Source: an uncultured Johnsonella sp.
GTDB taxonomy: Bacteria; Bacillota; Clostridia; Lachnospirales; Lachnospiraceae
NCBI GenBank assembly: GCA_900766185.1
Contig: CAAFUL010000085.1
Coordinates: forward strand, 65,465-129,464
Direction: 5' to 3'
DNA: 64,000 nucleotides
Both the position numbers and the translations under genes were made by a program. Positions 1 to 10,061 of the stretch are shown here, piece after piece; position 1 is the first letter of the stretch; every line of letters begins with the position of its first letter. The notes beneath the pieces were generated by a model. That model was not told the DNA's origin and ran no database searches. It was given only the letters and a program-made list of their open reading frames with translations.

Positions 1-51
1 AGTGGCAATGGTAAAAAAGAATGGGGTGATAACTACCTATACTATCTTCAT

Positions 52-456
52 ATGGATGAGATATACTCTGATGCAAAAGAGGTGGCTGATTCAGTATATG
101 AAAATAATAAGATATATATCCATATAAACGGTATTACTAATAACTTTAAATTGAATACAGATATATTAGAATTATATAAACGAGGTACATTTACTACATA
201 CATATATACAGACAAGGATATAGAACATAAAGAAGAAGATGCTATAAAAATAAAACAGGGAATGTATGATAAGCAAATGTATGGAATAGTTCGTATTAAT
301 TATTTAAGAAAAGAAGATTTTGAAAAAATGTCTGAAGAAAAAATAGATGAAGTTTCAATGAAGGGTGCATATATTGCTAAGACTAATTTATATATGATAG
401 ATGAGGAAGAAGATATAAAATGGAGGTATGGAGATTTTAATGAAGATTTAGAGTAG
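52..456 (+). CDS. hypothetical acidic protein (134 aa); candidate immunity or accessory protein at the edge of the T7SS locus
   Basis: Intact ORF directly upstream of the hydrolase gene. Highly acidic composition. No signal peptide, TM segment or WXG motif seen. Confidence 0.35.
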   Translation: MDEIYSDAKEVADSVYENNKIYIHINGITNNFKLNTDILELYKRGTFTTYIYTDKDIEHKEEDAIKIKQGMYDKQMYGIVRINYLRKEDFEKMSEEKIDEVSMKGAYIAKTNLYMIDEEEDIKWRYGDFNEDLE

Positions 457-631
457 TGCTAAAAAGTAGAGAGATACAGGAGTGAAAATAAATACTAGGT
501 AAAGAAGTTTTTAGTAGTAAAAAATAGATAAGAATAGGATAATATATACTTGAGTTTTTTATTTACATAATAATGGAAGTTTATGATTAAGATGTCATGT
601 GGAAATAACGATAATTTAAAGGAGTAAAATA

Positions 632-2206
632 ATGGGAGAAAATGTAGTAGTACCGGGTGATGGAAATTATGTTAGTGAAGAAACGATAATAAATGAGGTT
701 TTTTATAATGAAGTTTTATATTTGCCATTAGATAAGATAGATGTCAGTGACAATGCCAATATGGAAGAAGTATTGGACAGTACTAAAAGATATATGTCTA
801 CCTTAGACAACAAGGAGCAAAAAGCTCTAAAAGAAAAGGTTGAATATTTAGAAGGCATGATAGAGCATCATGAAGATCTCAAAGATGTTACCATAAGCAA
901 TATGAGCTGGAAGGATAATGATAATAACGGAAAGAAAGATCACCCTCCACAGGGTATGCAGGCGGCAGTATTTACAAAAGGGGATGAAGTAAATGTTGTA
1001 TACAGAGGCACACCGAACGGTTCATGGATAGATAATGCGGAGATAGTTATAGGCGGAATGTTTTATGCCTTAAACTATGTAGATAAAAACGGAAAAGTGT
1101 ATAAACATTTATCTCCTATGCAAGTAGAGGCTCTTAAATATATGGATACAGTACTTGAAAAAAACGGAGATGAATGGGAAGATAAAATCCTTACAGTAGG
1201 TGGACATTCTAAGGGAGATTCATTGGCGGCTTTGGCAATGATGGTACATGGTGATGAATTTGATCTGTGTTTCGGAATAAATGGTCCGGGGGTGTCACCT
1301 GAAACACTTAAGGATATATTAAGAAACATAGGCGAAGAAAAGTTTTATGAATATCAGAAAAAAATGTATAAATTAAATGAGGCTAATGACTATGTAAATC
1401 CCTTTGGTGTACCACTTTATAATTCTGAAAACATAAGGTGGTATAAAGGTTTCTATCCTTCATGGGCTTTTGATAAAGCTCACTATGTCAGTCCGATTTA
1501 TGATATGAAAACAGGAAAACTTGCAAATTTTGTTGAAGGTCAGGGATTTCTAGGTGAACTTATAAGAGATATGTATTTAGAGGTGGAAGAGTTAAGTCCG
1601 AATGATAGAGAAGCTTCATGTTATGCAATCATGTCAATATTACAATTTTTCATCAATAGAGAACCTCCGGTAGAGAAGGATCCTCTTTTTTATGCATATC
1701 TTATAGAAAAAATGGATGCAATGACAATGGATATAGTGACTATCATGTTATCCGTTTTAGATAATCGCATAAAAGGAATTCAAAGAGACAATCCGCTGCG
1801 AAATATGGATGCTCTAGTGATTTATGCTAAATCTCTAAGAATCCTAATTGCTCATAAACCAAGGTTAGTAGGCTATTGGTTGCATCTTCCACACTATTAT
1901 GACCATAATACCGAGATAGCAGCAATCAGTTACAGTAAAGTAGATGGGCTTATTACAAAACTGGATCTCTATATTGAAGAAGTGGAAAGAAGATATATAA
2001 AACCTGCAAAAGATGCAAAAAGTGATTTATCAACTATAACCGGAGCAGGTGGTTCAAAAAGTTCATTGAATACGGTTATAAAAAACTACAAAGACATAAA
2101 AACAGGACTTGAAAACTACAAAGACCTATTAAACCAATATAAAACATGGTGTGAAGAAACCGAAGACAGATTTATAAAAAATCTTCAAGGAACAGAAACA
2201 GCATAA
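632..2206 (+). CDS. alpha/beta-hydrolase, lipase-like (DUF2974/Mbeg1-like) with a C-terminal helical domain; candidate T7SS-associated lipase effector
   Basis: Nucleophile-elbow motif GGHSKGDSLAALAM. A YRGT...W..N block lies upstream of the motif, as in lipase_3/DUF2974 proteins. The C-terminal ~220 aa are predicted helical. Good RBS (aaggag) 7 nt upstream of the ATG. Confidence 0.6.
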   Translation: MGENVVVPGDGNYVSEETIINEVFYNEVLYLPLDKIDVSDNANMEEVLDSTKRYMSTLDNKEQKALKEKVEYLEGMIEHHEDLKDVTISNMSWKDNDNNGKKDHPPQGMQAAVFTKGDEVNVVYRGTPNGSWIDNAEIVIGGMFYALNYVDKNGKVYKHLSPMQVEALKYMDTVLEKNGDEWEDKILTVGGHSKGDSLAALAMMVHGDEFDLCFGINGPGVSPETLKDILRNIGEEKFYEYQKKMYKLNEANDYVNPFGVPLYNSENIRWYKGFYPSWAFDKAHYVSPIYDMKTGKLANFVEGQGFLGELIRDMYLEVEELSPNDREASCYAIMSILQFFINREPPVEKDPLFYAYLIEKMDAMTMDIVTIMLSVLDNRIKGIQRDNPLRNMDALVIYAKSLRILIAHKPRLVGYWLHLPHYYDHNTEIAAISYSKVDGLITKLDLYIEEVERRYIKPAKDAKSDLSTITGAGGSKSSLNTVIKNYKDIKTGLENYKDLLNQYKTWCEETEDRFIKNLQGTETA

Positions 2207-2282
2207 GTAGTATATTTATAAGTTTACTTTTATAGAACACATAATAAAGAAAGGTCCGGCTGGCAAAGAGCTACATACAAAT

Positions 2283-2708
2283 ATGTCCTATATAAACACA
2301 AACTCAAAACTAAATCTTGATACGGATGTTTTAAATCAGAAAAATTATAATAATAATCAGGCTTTTACCGACAGCTTTGATGTGGATATACTTACAGAGG
2401 ATGCAGGAAAGCTATTTAAGAGTGCAGAGGCTAAAGAGCTTGAAAGTATGGATTTATTAAGGCAGGGGCTTTGGAGCGGTACTTTAGATACCAAAATCAA
2501 TGTAAGCTTGAACCTTCAAAAAGAAGTTGAAGAAAGCAATATATTTGCCACAAGCCCCAAGTACTACAGGATAAATGTACTTAATTCCAATACGGATGAA
2601 AAGAGCTACTTTTATGTATTTATTTTTTCGCTGTGGTTTGTGTTTCTTATTCTTTTTGCAGTATATCTAAGGTCAAGGAGTAAAAAAAGCAATGCAGATA
2701 ACATTTAA
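2283..2708 (+). CDS. essA: EssA-like small T7SSb membrane protein (141 aa, single C-terminal TM)
   Basis: Size and topology match EssA/YueC: soluble N-terminal region, then one hydrophobic helix (FYVFIFSLWFVFLILFAVYL), then a basic tail. Lies immediately upstream of the esaB-essB-essC genes. Confidence 0.4.
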   Translation: MSYINTNSKLNLDTDVLNQKNYNNNQAFTDSFDVDILTEDAGKLFKSAEAKELESMDLLRQGLWSGTLDTKINVSLNLQKEVEESNIFATSPKYYRINVLNSNTDEKSYFYVFIFSLWFVFLILFAVYLRSRSKKSNADNI

Positions 2709-2952
2709 TCTACAAATAGCTTCTATAAATGTTGAATTATGTATGGAAAGCAATAATATAATAGATCGTGCATTTAAGGAAATTGTAAAGCAGCAGGAAA
2801 TACTGAAAATGATGAGTATAGATTTTTATTATTCATATATGCAAAAGAGGCTTGTAAGTGCATATTTCACTTTGGAAGAGGCAGGCATAGTCTCAGGTGA
2901 TAAGTTAATAGCGGTATGTAACGGAAAGGTACTAAATGGAAAGCACATATAA
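2692..2952 (+). CDS. esaB: EsaB/YukD-like ubiquitin-fold T7SS protein (86 aa)
   Basis: About 80 aa with a beta-grasp-like pattern (ITFNLQI...LEEAGIVSGDKLIAV). Overlaps the upstream and downstream genes. Canonical position before essB. Confidence 0.55.
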   Translation: MQITFNLQIASINVELCMESNNIIDRAFKEIVKQQEILKMMSIDFYYSYMQKRLVSAYFTLEEAGIVSGDKLIAVCNGKVLNGKHI

Positions 2953-4027
2953 ACTCAGGATAAAAAACTCGCAGATAAATATAAAAAAGGATAAAAGGTT
3001 CTTACTCAGCTTTCCACACAAACATCTTTTAGACTGTAGTATAGAAGAGACGGAAGATGAGAGTATTTTTATATTTGATCTAAGTGAACAAAGTAAGCTA
3101 AGTGAAGCTTTAGACCTAAAGTTAAAGGATAAGTACAGGCTGCTTTACAATGTAGGAGAGCTTAATACCATAAGTGATAAATATATCGTAGATATAAGTC
3201 CGGATAATTTAGTCTATGATGTAAACTTGATTCCCTCATTACTTTTTAGGGATAAGGCAAGGGCAGATGAGGAGGATAGCTTTTTACCCCGTTATAAAGC
3301 ACTGGTAGCCTATGTATTAAAACCGAATTTAGGATTTGAGGATTATTATGTAGGCGGAGACGAGTTTTATATAAAGTACAAGGAGCTTAAACAGCTTGCA
3401 GCTATAGAAAGTACCAAAGATTTAAGAGCATGGCTTTTGTCAATGTATAAGTCTTTGGAAGACTATATAAATACTAAAACCAGGAGTATTTCTATAAGAA
3501 ATTATAAACTTATAAAAGTTTTCATGCCTATTATGCTGGGAATTGCCGTATTAAGCCTTGCCTACTCATTATATTTATATAAACATGATTTTGTATTTAA
3601 GGACAGAATTATCAAGGCACATCAGCTTTATCTGTCCATGGATTATGTAAAGCTTGAAGAAAGCCTACAGAATATAAATCTTGACAGACTTCCCACAGAA
3701 TCTAAGTATATACTTGCCAGAGCCTATGTATCTACGGAGGGTCTTACTCCAAAGCAAAGGGAGAATGTCCTGTCGGCTATGAGCCTTAATATTGACAGCC
3801 ATGTGTATGATTTTTGGATTTTAATAGGCAGGCTTAAGTTTGCGGATGCCATAGACATGGCAAAGAGGCTTGGAGATAAGGAGATGCTGCTTTTTGCCTA
3901 TATTAAAGAGTTTAACTATTTAAAAGCGGATCTTAGTAAAAGCGGTGAGGAGAAGGCGGCTCGCATATCTGAACTTGAAAAGCTTATAGAGGAAATGAAA
4001 AAGACTACAGAAAATGTAAATCAATAG
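2936..4027 (+). CDS. essB: EssB/YukC T7SSb membrane protein (N-terminal pseudokinase-like domain, single TM, extracytoplasmic C-terminal domain)
   Basis: 363 aa with one central TM (VFMPIMLGIAVLSLAYSLYLY). Soluble domains flank it on both sides, as in EssB. Translationally coupled to esaB and followed by essC. Confidence 0.65.
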   Translation: MESTYKLRIKNSQINIKKDKRFLLSFPHKHLLDCSIEETEDESIFIFDLSEQSKLSEALDLKLKDKYRLLYNVGELNTISDKYIVDISPDNLVYDVNLIPSLLFRDKARADEEDSFLPRYKALVAYVLKPNLGFEDYYVGGDEFYIKYKELKQLAAIESTKDLRAWLLSMYKSLEDYINTKTRSISIRNYKLIKVFMPIMLGIAVLSLAYSLYLYKHDFVFKDRIIKAHQLYLSMDYVKLEESLQNINLDRLPTESKYILARAYVSTEGLTPKQRENVLSAMSLNIDSHVYDFWILIGRLKFADAIDMAKRLGDKEMLLFAYIKEFNYLKADLSKSGEEKAARISELEKLIEEMKKTTENVNQ

Positions 4028-4045
4028 CAAAGGGAAGTTTTTTAG

Positions 4046-7000
4046 ATGACAAGCCTTATATTATATAATGATAAAAAGTATATAGAATTATCAATTAAGA
4101 GTAAGATAACAGTTGACAAAGCCGTATTTGCTTCAAAGGAAGATTTGTGCATAAGTCCTGCTTTAGAAAAAGACAGCTATACAAAGGGTGAGGAAGATAT
4201 AAAGTCCGGTAATACTCGAAAGGTAGAAGATATAAGTATCAATTCTCTAAGTTTGGAAGATTTTTCAAAGTCAAATCCTGATAAAATAATGCCTCTTCTT
4301 TTTGAGAATGTGCCGTATCAAAGATATTATCTAAAAAATATCATAAGAATATCGGCTGATGAAGATGCCGATATAGTAATAAAAGATAAGAGTATAGACC
4401 TGATTCTTGAAGGACTTAAGTTAAATATTTTATCAGGAAGAGTATATGTTAATGCTGTTATTAAAGAAAGGGGAATTTATGAGCTTGACAAGGGTACAAT
4501 GATTTTTTTCCCTGAGGTCAAGATAAATCTATATGATTCTTTTATAGAGATTTCTTCTAATAGCTACAAAACCTCCTTGCAGGCTGTACTTGAGGAGTAT
4601 TCTGTATTTGAAGGTTTTCCCGTATATAAAAAAGCCCCCAGAATAAGAAAATCCTTACCAACTGACAGTGAGGATATTAAAAATCCTAAAACCAAGGAAG
4701 AAAAGCCTAAGTTTGATATGGCAAAGCGTATAGCGATGCCTCTTCTTACTATGCTTATGACGGTAGGTGTCAGTATAGTCTTAAAAAGAGGTATGTATAT
4801 ACTTATGAGTGTAAGTACCTTTATTTTGAGTATTGTATTTTCCGTATATACCTCCATACAGGAAGGTAAGGAGTTTAAGGAAAGAGAGCTTAAGAGGGTA
4901 AAAAACTATGAAAAGTATCTGCTTGAAAAAAGAAAGACTTTGCATAAGTTATACTTAAAGCAAAAGGAAGCACTTGAGTTTACTTATCCAAGTATACAGA
5001 GTATAGAGAAAATGATAGCCGGGTATTCTGACAGGATATATGAGAGAGGTTTTGATGATAGTGATTTTTTACATATCTCCTTAGGAAAGTCCGGAATGAA
5101 GTCAAGCTACAATATAAGCTACAGTGAAGATATAGAGTCCTTAGAAGAAGAAAGGCTTAAAGATGAAGCAAAAAGTCTATATGAAAAGTATTCTTATATA
5201 GATGATTTGCCTATGGTGGTGGATCTTAAAAATGCCAATCTGGGCTTGGTCGGTGAGAAGCCCTATGTGCATAAACTTATCAAAAGCATTATAACTCAGC
5301 TTTGTTTTTTCCACAGTTACCATGACCTTGAAATAATCATGTTTGTAGATAAAGAGTTTGAGAAGGAATTTGAAGCCTTTTCTTATTATCCTCATTTTAA
5401 ATTAAAAGATGTAAATGTAAGAACCTTGGTATATACCGATAATCATAGTGAGCAGGTGCTTTCAAGTATGAGCGGTATATTAAAGGGCAGAAAAAATAAG
5501 TTAAATGAAGAAAAAAAGGATATAAAGTTCTTACCGCACTATGTATTTATCGTAGATGAGCCCAAATTCATTATGGATAATTCCGTTATGGAGTATATAC
5601 AGGAGTTTGATAAAAGAATGGGTGTTTCTATAATCTTTTCAAGTGATGATAAAAGTAAACTTGCCGAGAATATAAAAACGGTTCTTATAATAGAAGGAAA
5701 AGAATTTGCGACATTGTTACTTAATGAGGGAAGCTTGGTATCTAGAGAACTTTTGCTTGAGGACTCTTCAAAAGTGGATACGGAGTTTATGGCAAGAAGG
5801 CTTAATGCACTTGAGCATATAAAGGGTAGCAGCAGTCGTATACCTGAGAGCCTAAGCTTTTTCGATATGTATGAGGTAGGAAGTCCTAAAGAGTTAAAGA
5901 TACTTGATAGATGGAATAAAAGCCTGATATATAAGTCTATGGCTGTACCGCTTGGTTTAAGAGCCGAGAAGGATATAGTATACCTTAATTTACATGAAAA
6001 AGCACATGGTCCTCATGGACTGGTAGCCGGAACTACCGGCTCCGGTAAGTCGGAGATTATACAAAGCTTTATCCTCTCACTTGCAGTAAATTTTCATCCC
6101 TACGATATAGGATTTTTGCTTATAGACTATAAGGGCGGAGGCATGGCGAATTTATTTGCAAAGCTGCCTCATTTGCTCGGAACTATAACAAACCTTGACG
6201 GAAGCGAGAGTTTAAGGGCACTTGCTTCTATACGAAGTGAACTTGCAAGAAGGCAGACCTTGTTTAATGAAGCCGAAGTCAATAATATCAATGATTATAC
6301 GAAGCTGTATAAGGCAGGCAAACTAAAGAAGCCGCTGCCTCATTTGCTTATAATCTCGGATGAGTTTGCACAGCTTAAACAGGAACAGCCGGATTTTATG
6401 ACGGAGCTTGTGTCTACTGCAAGAATCGGAAGAAGCTTGGGTGTGCATTTAATACTTGCCACACAAAAACCCTCAGGTGTGGTCAATGACCAAATCTGGT
6501 CAAACTCCAAGTTCAAGCTTGCATTAAAGGTGCAAAACAGTGCGGACAGTAAGGAAGTTATTAAAACTGAAGATGCCGCCCATATAACTCAGGCGGGAAG
6601 GGCGTATCTGCAAGTAGGTAACAATGAGATCTATGAGCTTTTTCAGTCGGCTTGGAGCGGTGCACCCTACTTTGAGAGGAAAGAATTAAGTTTTGACAGC
6701 AGCATATATAGAATCAATAAAATAGGGCAAAAGGTTTTGCTAAGTGATTTGGAAGAAGAAGAGTATAAAAAAGAAACTAAGCCGAGTACTGAACTTGATG
6801 TAAGTGTAGACTATATAAGGAAGGTTTATGACGGGTTAAATATTGAAGACATTGAAAGACCTTGGCTTGAACCTTTGAAGGATAATATATTAAATCCCTA
6901 TGTAACAAAGTATTTGGAAGTTCCTTTTGATGTGGCACTTAAGCCTGATTTAAGTATGAAGGCTCATATAGGACTTGCAGATATACCGGATAAGCAACAG

Positions 7001-8461
7001 CAGCTTGAATATGAGTTTGATTTTATTAAAGAGGGGCATCTTGCGATATTTTCATCGCAAGGCTTCGGTAAGTCTACCTGTATTATGAATATTATTCTGG
7101 ATCTGGCTATCAATAACTCTCCGACTAATTTGCATATGTATGTGTTGGATTTTGGTAACTCGGGACTTATACAGCTTAAAAGTATGCCTCATGTAGCCGA
7201 TTATATAGTATTTGATGATATGGAAAGACTCGGAAAGCTTATTGTAAGTATAGAAAATGAAATTAAATTAAGAAAAAAGCTTTTATCCAAGGCACTTGCA
7301 ATGAATTTTACCATGTATAATGAAATCAGCAAAGAAAGACTTCCGGCTAAAATCATCTTTATAGACAATATTGATATTATCAAAGAGATAGAATTTGATA
7401 TGGAAGAGTGGATCAATAAGGTGGCAAGAGACGGAGCCGGTCTTGGAATTTACCTCGTTATAAGTGCCGCAAGATACGGAGTGCTAAGGTATGCCACACT
7501 GAATAATTTTAAGACCAAGATTGCTTTATTCTTAGTTGAGGCAAGTGATGTTAATTCTCTTATGGGAAGATCAAAGTATAAGATACCTGAAGTTAAGGGC
7601 AGGGCTTTGGTAAAGCTTGAGGATACCAATCTTATGCAGGTTTACAAAGCGGTAGGCGGTGAAGGTGTGGGGTACTCTAAGAATGTGCTTAGCCTTGTGG
7701 AAACTATAGACAGTATCAATACAGCTAAAAAGCCGGATAAGATCAAGGTTATGCCGGATATTGTTATGTTTAGTGATATATTTAATAAAGATATCTTATC
7801 CGAGCGAAAGGCAGGTATAGGTTTGGATACGGAAAATGTAAGCATACAGGCGATAGAGCTTACAGGTACAGTGAATTTAATACTCGGATTATCACAGACC
7901 GGAAAGACCAATGTACTAAAAATCATATACTCTCAGCTAAGGGGAAGTAAGCTCTTCCTTGTCGATATCAGAGGCGGTGATTTCCTCGATATGGAAACCG
8001 GTCCGAATGATACCTGCGTGGACAGTGCGGCAGGTGTGGATAGTTTTATAGATGCTCTTATAGCTTATGTTGACGAAAGAGAAAACAGGTATATCGAAGA
8101 AGCCTCTGTAAAAAGATTAAAAGATTTTGTAAAGGAGCAGGAAAGTGCCGCTATAATTATAGATGATGCAGATAATTTTATAGAGCTTGTAAAACTTAGA
8201 AAGGCTGAGGCTGAAAGGGCATTTGCCAAGGCTTTGGAGTATGGTTTAAGTATAGTAGTAAGCACTGTGCCTAATAAGTTAAAGGGCTTTGATGAGCTTA
8301 CCAAAATATTCAGAGCGGCTAACAACCTGATAATACTCGGCTCTCCGGAAGATCAAAATATGATTAGAATCCCGAATATAAGAAATTATAAGCCAAGTAT
8401 AGATATGGGATTTATAGTATCAAGGCAGGGAGCAAGGAAGGTTCGTATGCCGAAAGCATAG
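4046..8461 (+). CDS. essC: EssC/YukB type VII secretion FtsK/SpoIIIE-family ATPase (1471 aa)
   Basis: N-terminal FHA-like region and two TM helices (~aa 225-270). Multiple P-loop ATPase domains, including Walker A motifs GTTGSGKSE and SSQGFGKST, with further degenerate P-loops. The length is typical of EssC. Confidence 0.85.
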   Translation: MTSLILYNDKKYIELSIKSKITVDKAVFASKEDLCISPALEKDSYTKGEEDIKSGNTRKVEDISINSLSLEDFSKSNPDKIMPLLFENVPYQRYYLKNIIRISADEDADIVIKDKSIDLILEGLKLNILSGRVYVNAVIKERGIYELDKGTMIFFPEVKINLYDSFIEISSNSYKTSLQAVLEEYSVFEGFPVYKKAPRIRKSLPTDSEDIKNPKTKEEKPKFDMAKRIAMPLLTMLMTVGVSIVLKRGMYILMSVSTFILSIVFSVYTSIQEGKEFKERELKRVKNYEKYLLEKRKTLHKLYLKQKEALEFTYPSIQSIEKMIAGYSDRIYERGFDDSDFLHISLGKSGMKSSYNISYSEDIESLEEERLKDEAKSLYEKYSYIDDLPMVVDLKNANLGLVGEKPYVHKLIKSIITQLCFFHSYHDLEIIMFVDKEFEKEFEAFSYYPHFKLKDVNVRTLVYTDNHSEQVLSSMSGILKGRKNKLNEEKKDIKFLPHYVFIVDEPKFIMDNSVMEYIQEFDKRMGVSIIFSSDDKSKLAENIKTVLIIEGKEFATLLLNEGSLVSRELLLEDSSKVDTEFMARRLNALEHIKGSSSRIPESLSFFDMYEVGSPKELKILDRWNKSLIYKSMAVPLGLRAEKDIVYLNLHEKAHGPHGLVAGTTGSGKSEIIQSFILSLAVNFHPYDIGFLLIDYKGGGMANLFAKLPHLLGTITNLDGSESLRALASIRSELARRQTLFNEAEVNNINDYTKLYKAGKLKKPLPHLLIISDEFAQLKQEQPDFMTELVSTARIGRSLGVHLILATQKPSGVVNDQIWSNSKFKLALKVQNSADSKEVIKTEDAAHITQAGRAYLQVGNNEIYELFQSAWSGAPYFERKELSFDSSIYRINKIGQKVLLSDLEEEEYKKETKPSTELDVSVDYIRKVYDGLNIEDIERPWLEPLKDNILNPYVTKYLEVPFDVALKPDLSMKAHIGLADIPDKQQQLEYEFDFIKEGHLAIFSSQGFGKSTCIMNIILDLAINNSPTNLHMYVLDFGNSGLIQLKSMPHVADYIVFDDMERLGKLIVSIENEIKLRKKLLSKALAMNFTMYNEISKERLPAKIIFIDNIDIIKEIEFDMEEWINKVARDGAGLGIYLVISAARYGVLRYATLNNFKTKIALFLVEASDVNSLMGRSKYKIPEVKGRALVKLEDTNLMQVYKAVGGEGVGYSKNVLSLVETIDSINTAKKPDKIKVMPDIVMFSDIFNKDILSERKAGIGLDTENVSIQAIELTGTVNLILGLSQTGKTNVLKIIYSQLRGSKLFLVDIRGGDFLDMETGPNDTCVDSAAGVDSFIDALIAYVDERENRYIEEASVKRLKDFVKEQESAAIIIDDADNFIELVKLRKAEAERAFAKALEYGLSIVVSTVPNKLKGFDELTKIFRAANNLIILGSPEDQNMIRIPNIRNYKPSIDMGFIVSRQGARKVRMPKA

Positions 8462-8748
8462 GAGTAGGAACTTAAGACTTTAGAATTAAAAACAGAGCAA
8501 GAAATTAGTAGATTGAACACATAAGATAGTAGTTTTATGCTTAGGTTTGGAAGTTATGAAGGTTTATGAAATAATGCTACAGGATATGAAAGTTAAAGAA
8601 ATGTAATTAAAATACCTTGCTTGTTTTTTATTAATATAGTATATTTTTAATTTATAATTATTTATGAAAAATATTGTGATAAGGCAGAAGCTTCACTTTA
8701 CAATATTTTGTAAATTATGCAGCACAAATAATACTACAAGGAGACAGT

Positions 8749-8949
8749 ATGGTTACAACTATAAAGGTAAACGGAATGATGTGTTCACATTGTAAAGCAA
8801 GTGTTGAAAAGGCAGTAAAAGCATTGGATAAAGTTAGCAAGGTTGAGGCTAATGTAGGTGAGAGAGAAGTTGTGGTTACACATGAAGATGATTTGAGTGT
8901 AGAAAAGATACATGAGGCAATTATAGCGGCAGGCTATGAGGTAATGTAA
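8749..8949 (+). CDS. copZ: copper chaperone CopZ (HMA domain)
   Basis: 66 aa with a GMMCSHC metal-binding motif and an HMA ferredoxin-like fold pattern. RBS aaggagac. Confidence 0.8.
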   Translation: MVTTIKVNGMMCSHCKASVEKAVKALDKVSKVEANVGEREVVVTHEDDLSVEKIHEAIIAAGYEVM

Positions 8950-9010
8950 AAATTTATCATATAAAAACCGTTAGCGGTCTTCAATTAGGGATTTTTAGTC
9001 TATGAAGAAA

Positions 9011-9046
9011 GGCACAACATACTACAATGTAGGTTATGCCTTTTTT
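9011..9046 (+). terminator. rho-independent terminator downstream of copZ
   Basis: Imperfect hairpin ggcacaacatactacaatgtaggttatgcc followed by tttttt. Confidence 0.45.
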
Positions 9047-9319
9047 CATGCTCTGACGAGATATTAACTGCACCGGTAAAGTTCCAATTCTTTTGGAAAG
9101 TAAGTGATAAAGAAAACGGATACATTTGAAAAATTGCTTTTCTTTATCTGTTAGCTTTAAAAGGGGTATCAAAAGGACATTCTTAAAAAGTAAAATAAAA
9201 TTCATCTGCAAAAGTTATAGATGGACCGGAGGGAGAGAATTTTTATCGAAATTATGCTATAATTATGCTATAAAACTGAGATGGATACACAAGGAGATGA
9301 AATAATATGACCTAATCAG

Positions 9320-9530
9320 AAGAAATAAAAAAATTAGTCAAAAATGCTTTCTATCACAGGAGATATTTGCTAGAGAATGTGGAGTGTTATTATCATCCAT
9401 CAATTACCGGGAAAGTGGAAAAACCAAGCCAAATATGTCTGCTATGAAAAAAAATCAAAGAATTCTGTGAGGCACAGGGAGTTGATTTTAATGCTTTAGA
9501 AATAGATTGGACTAAAAAATTGAAGGGATA
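9320..9530 (+). pseudogene. frameshifted remnant of an XRE-family HTH regulator
   Basis: Translation gives ...SQEIFARECGVLLSSINYRESGKTKPNMSAMKK / IKEFCEAQGVDFNALE across two frames with an internal stop. The pattern matches HTH_XRE (Cro/C1) proteins. No intact ORF remains. Confidence 0.4.
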
Positions 9531-9767
9531 AATAATATAATGACTAAGAAGAAAACTTATGAAAAATCATTTAATATAGATAGTATCTTATTTTCTTGTA
9601 GAGATCATTTGCGTGCTGAATGTAATTCAGGTTCATTTTTTGAAAAGCTTCTTTTATTCAAGGAGAAGTCGGAATAGGTATATCGGGCTTGGTTATCGGT
9701 TTCCTATTTAGTCCTTATGGGCTTTTGATGATAGGAGCAACAGTGATAGCGTTTATTTAATTGATAA

Positions 9768-10061
9768 ATGATAAGATTTCCTTTGAAACAATTAGCAAAA
9801 GATATTGATGAAAATAATCCTCCAAAAGGAAATGGATTTTCAGGAATTACATTAGCTTACAATGTTGAATATAAAGAAGATGTAGATACTGTAATTGAGT
9901 TAGTAAGAAAAGCAGGTGGAAAAATTGTAAAAGAGCCACAGGAAGTTTTCCGGGGTGGATATCATGCGTATTTTTCGGATTTAGATAGATACTACCGAGA
10001 AGTTTTATGGGGACCAAATTTTCAATTTGATGAAAATGGATTGCTGAAATTTTTAGGATAA
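9768..10061 (+). pseudogene. truncated VOC/glyoxalase-family protein (C-terminal module only)
   Basis: The 97-aa ORF contains only one beta-alpha-beta-beta-beta VOC module (GGKIVKEPQEVFRGGYHAYFSDLD). The N-terminal module expected for a ~125-aa VOC protein is missing. The upstream frame is closed. Confidence 0.45.

Noticed and set aside
4564-8325. Several 70-100-aa ORFs on the minus strand inside essC (4564-4857, 5177-5395, 7201-7416, 7642-7926, 8065-8325)
   Set aside because: All lie antisense within a long, well-supported FtsK-family coding sequence. They have no RBS, and their low-complexity Ile/Ser/Leu-rich translations are typical of antisense reading of AT-rich, A-rich codons.
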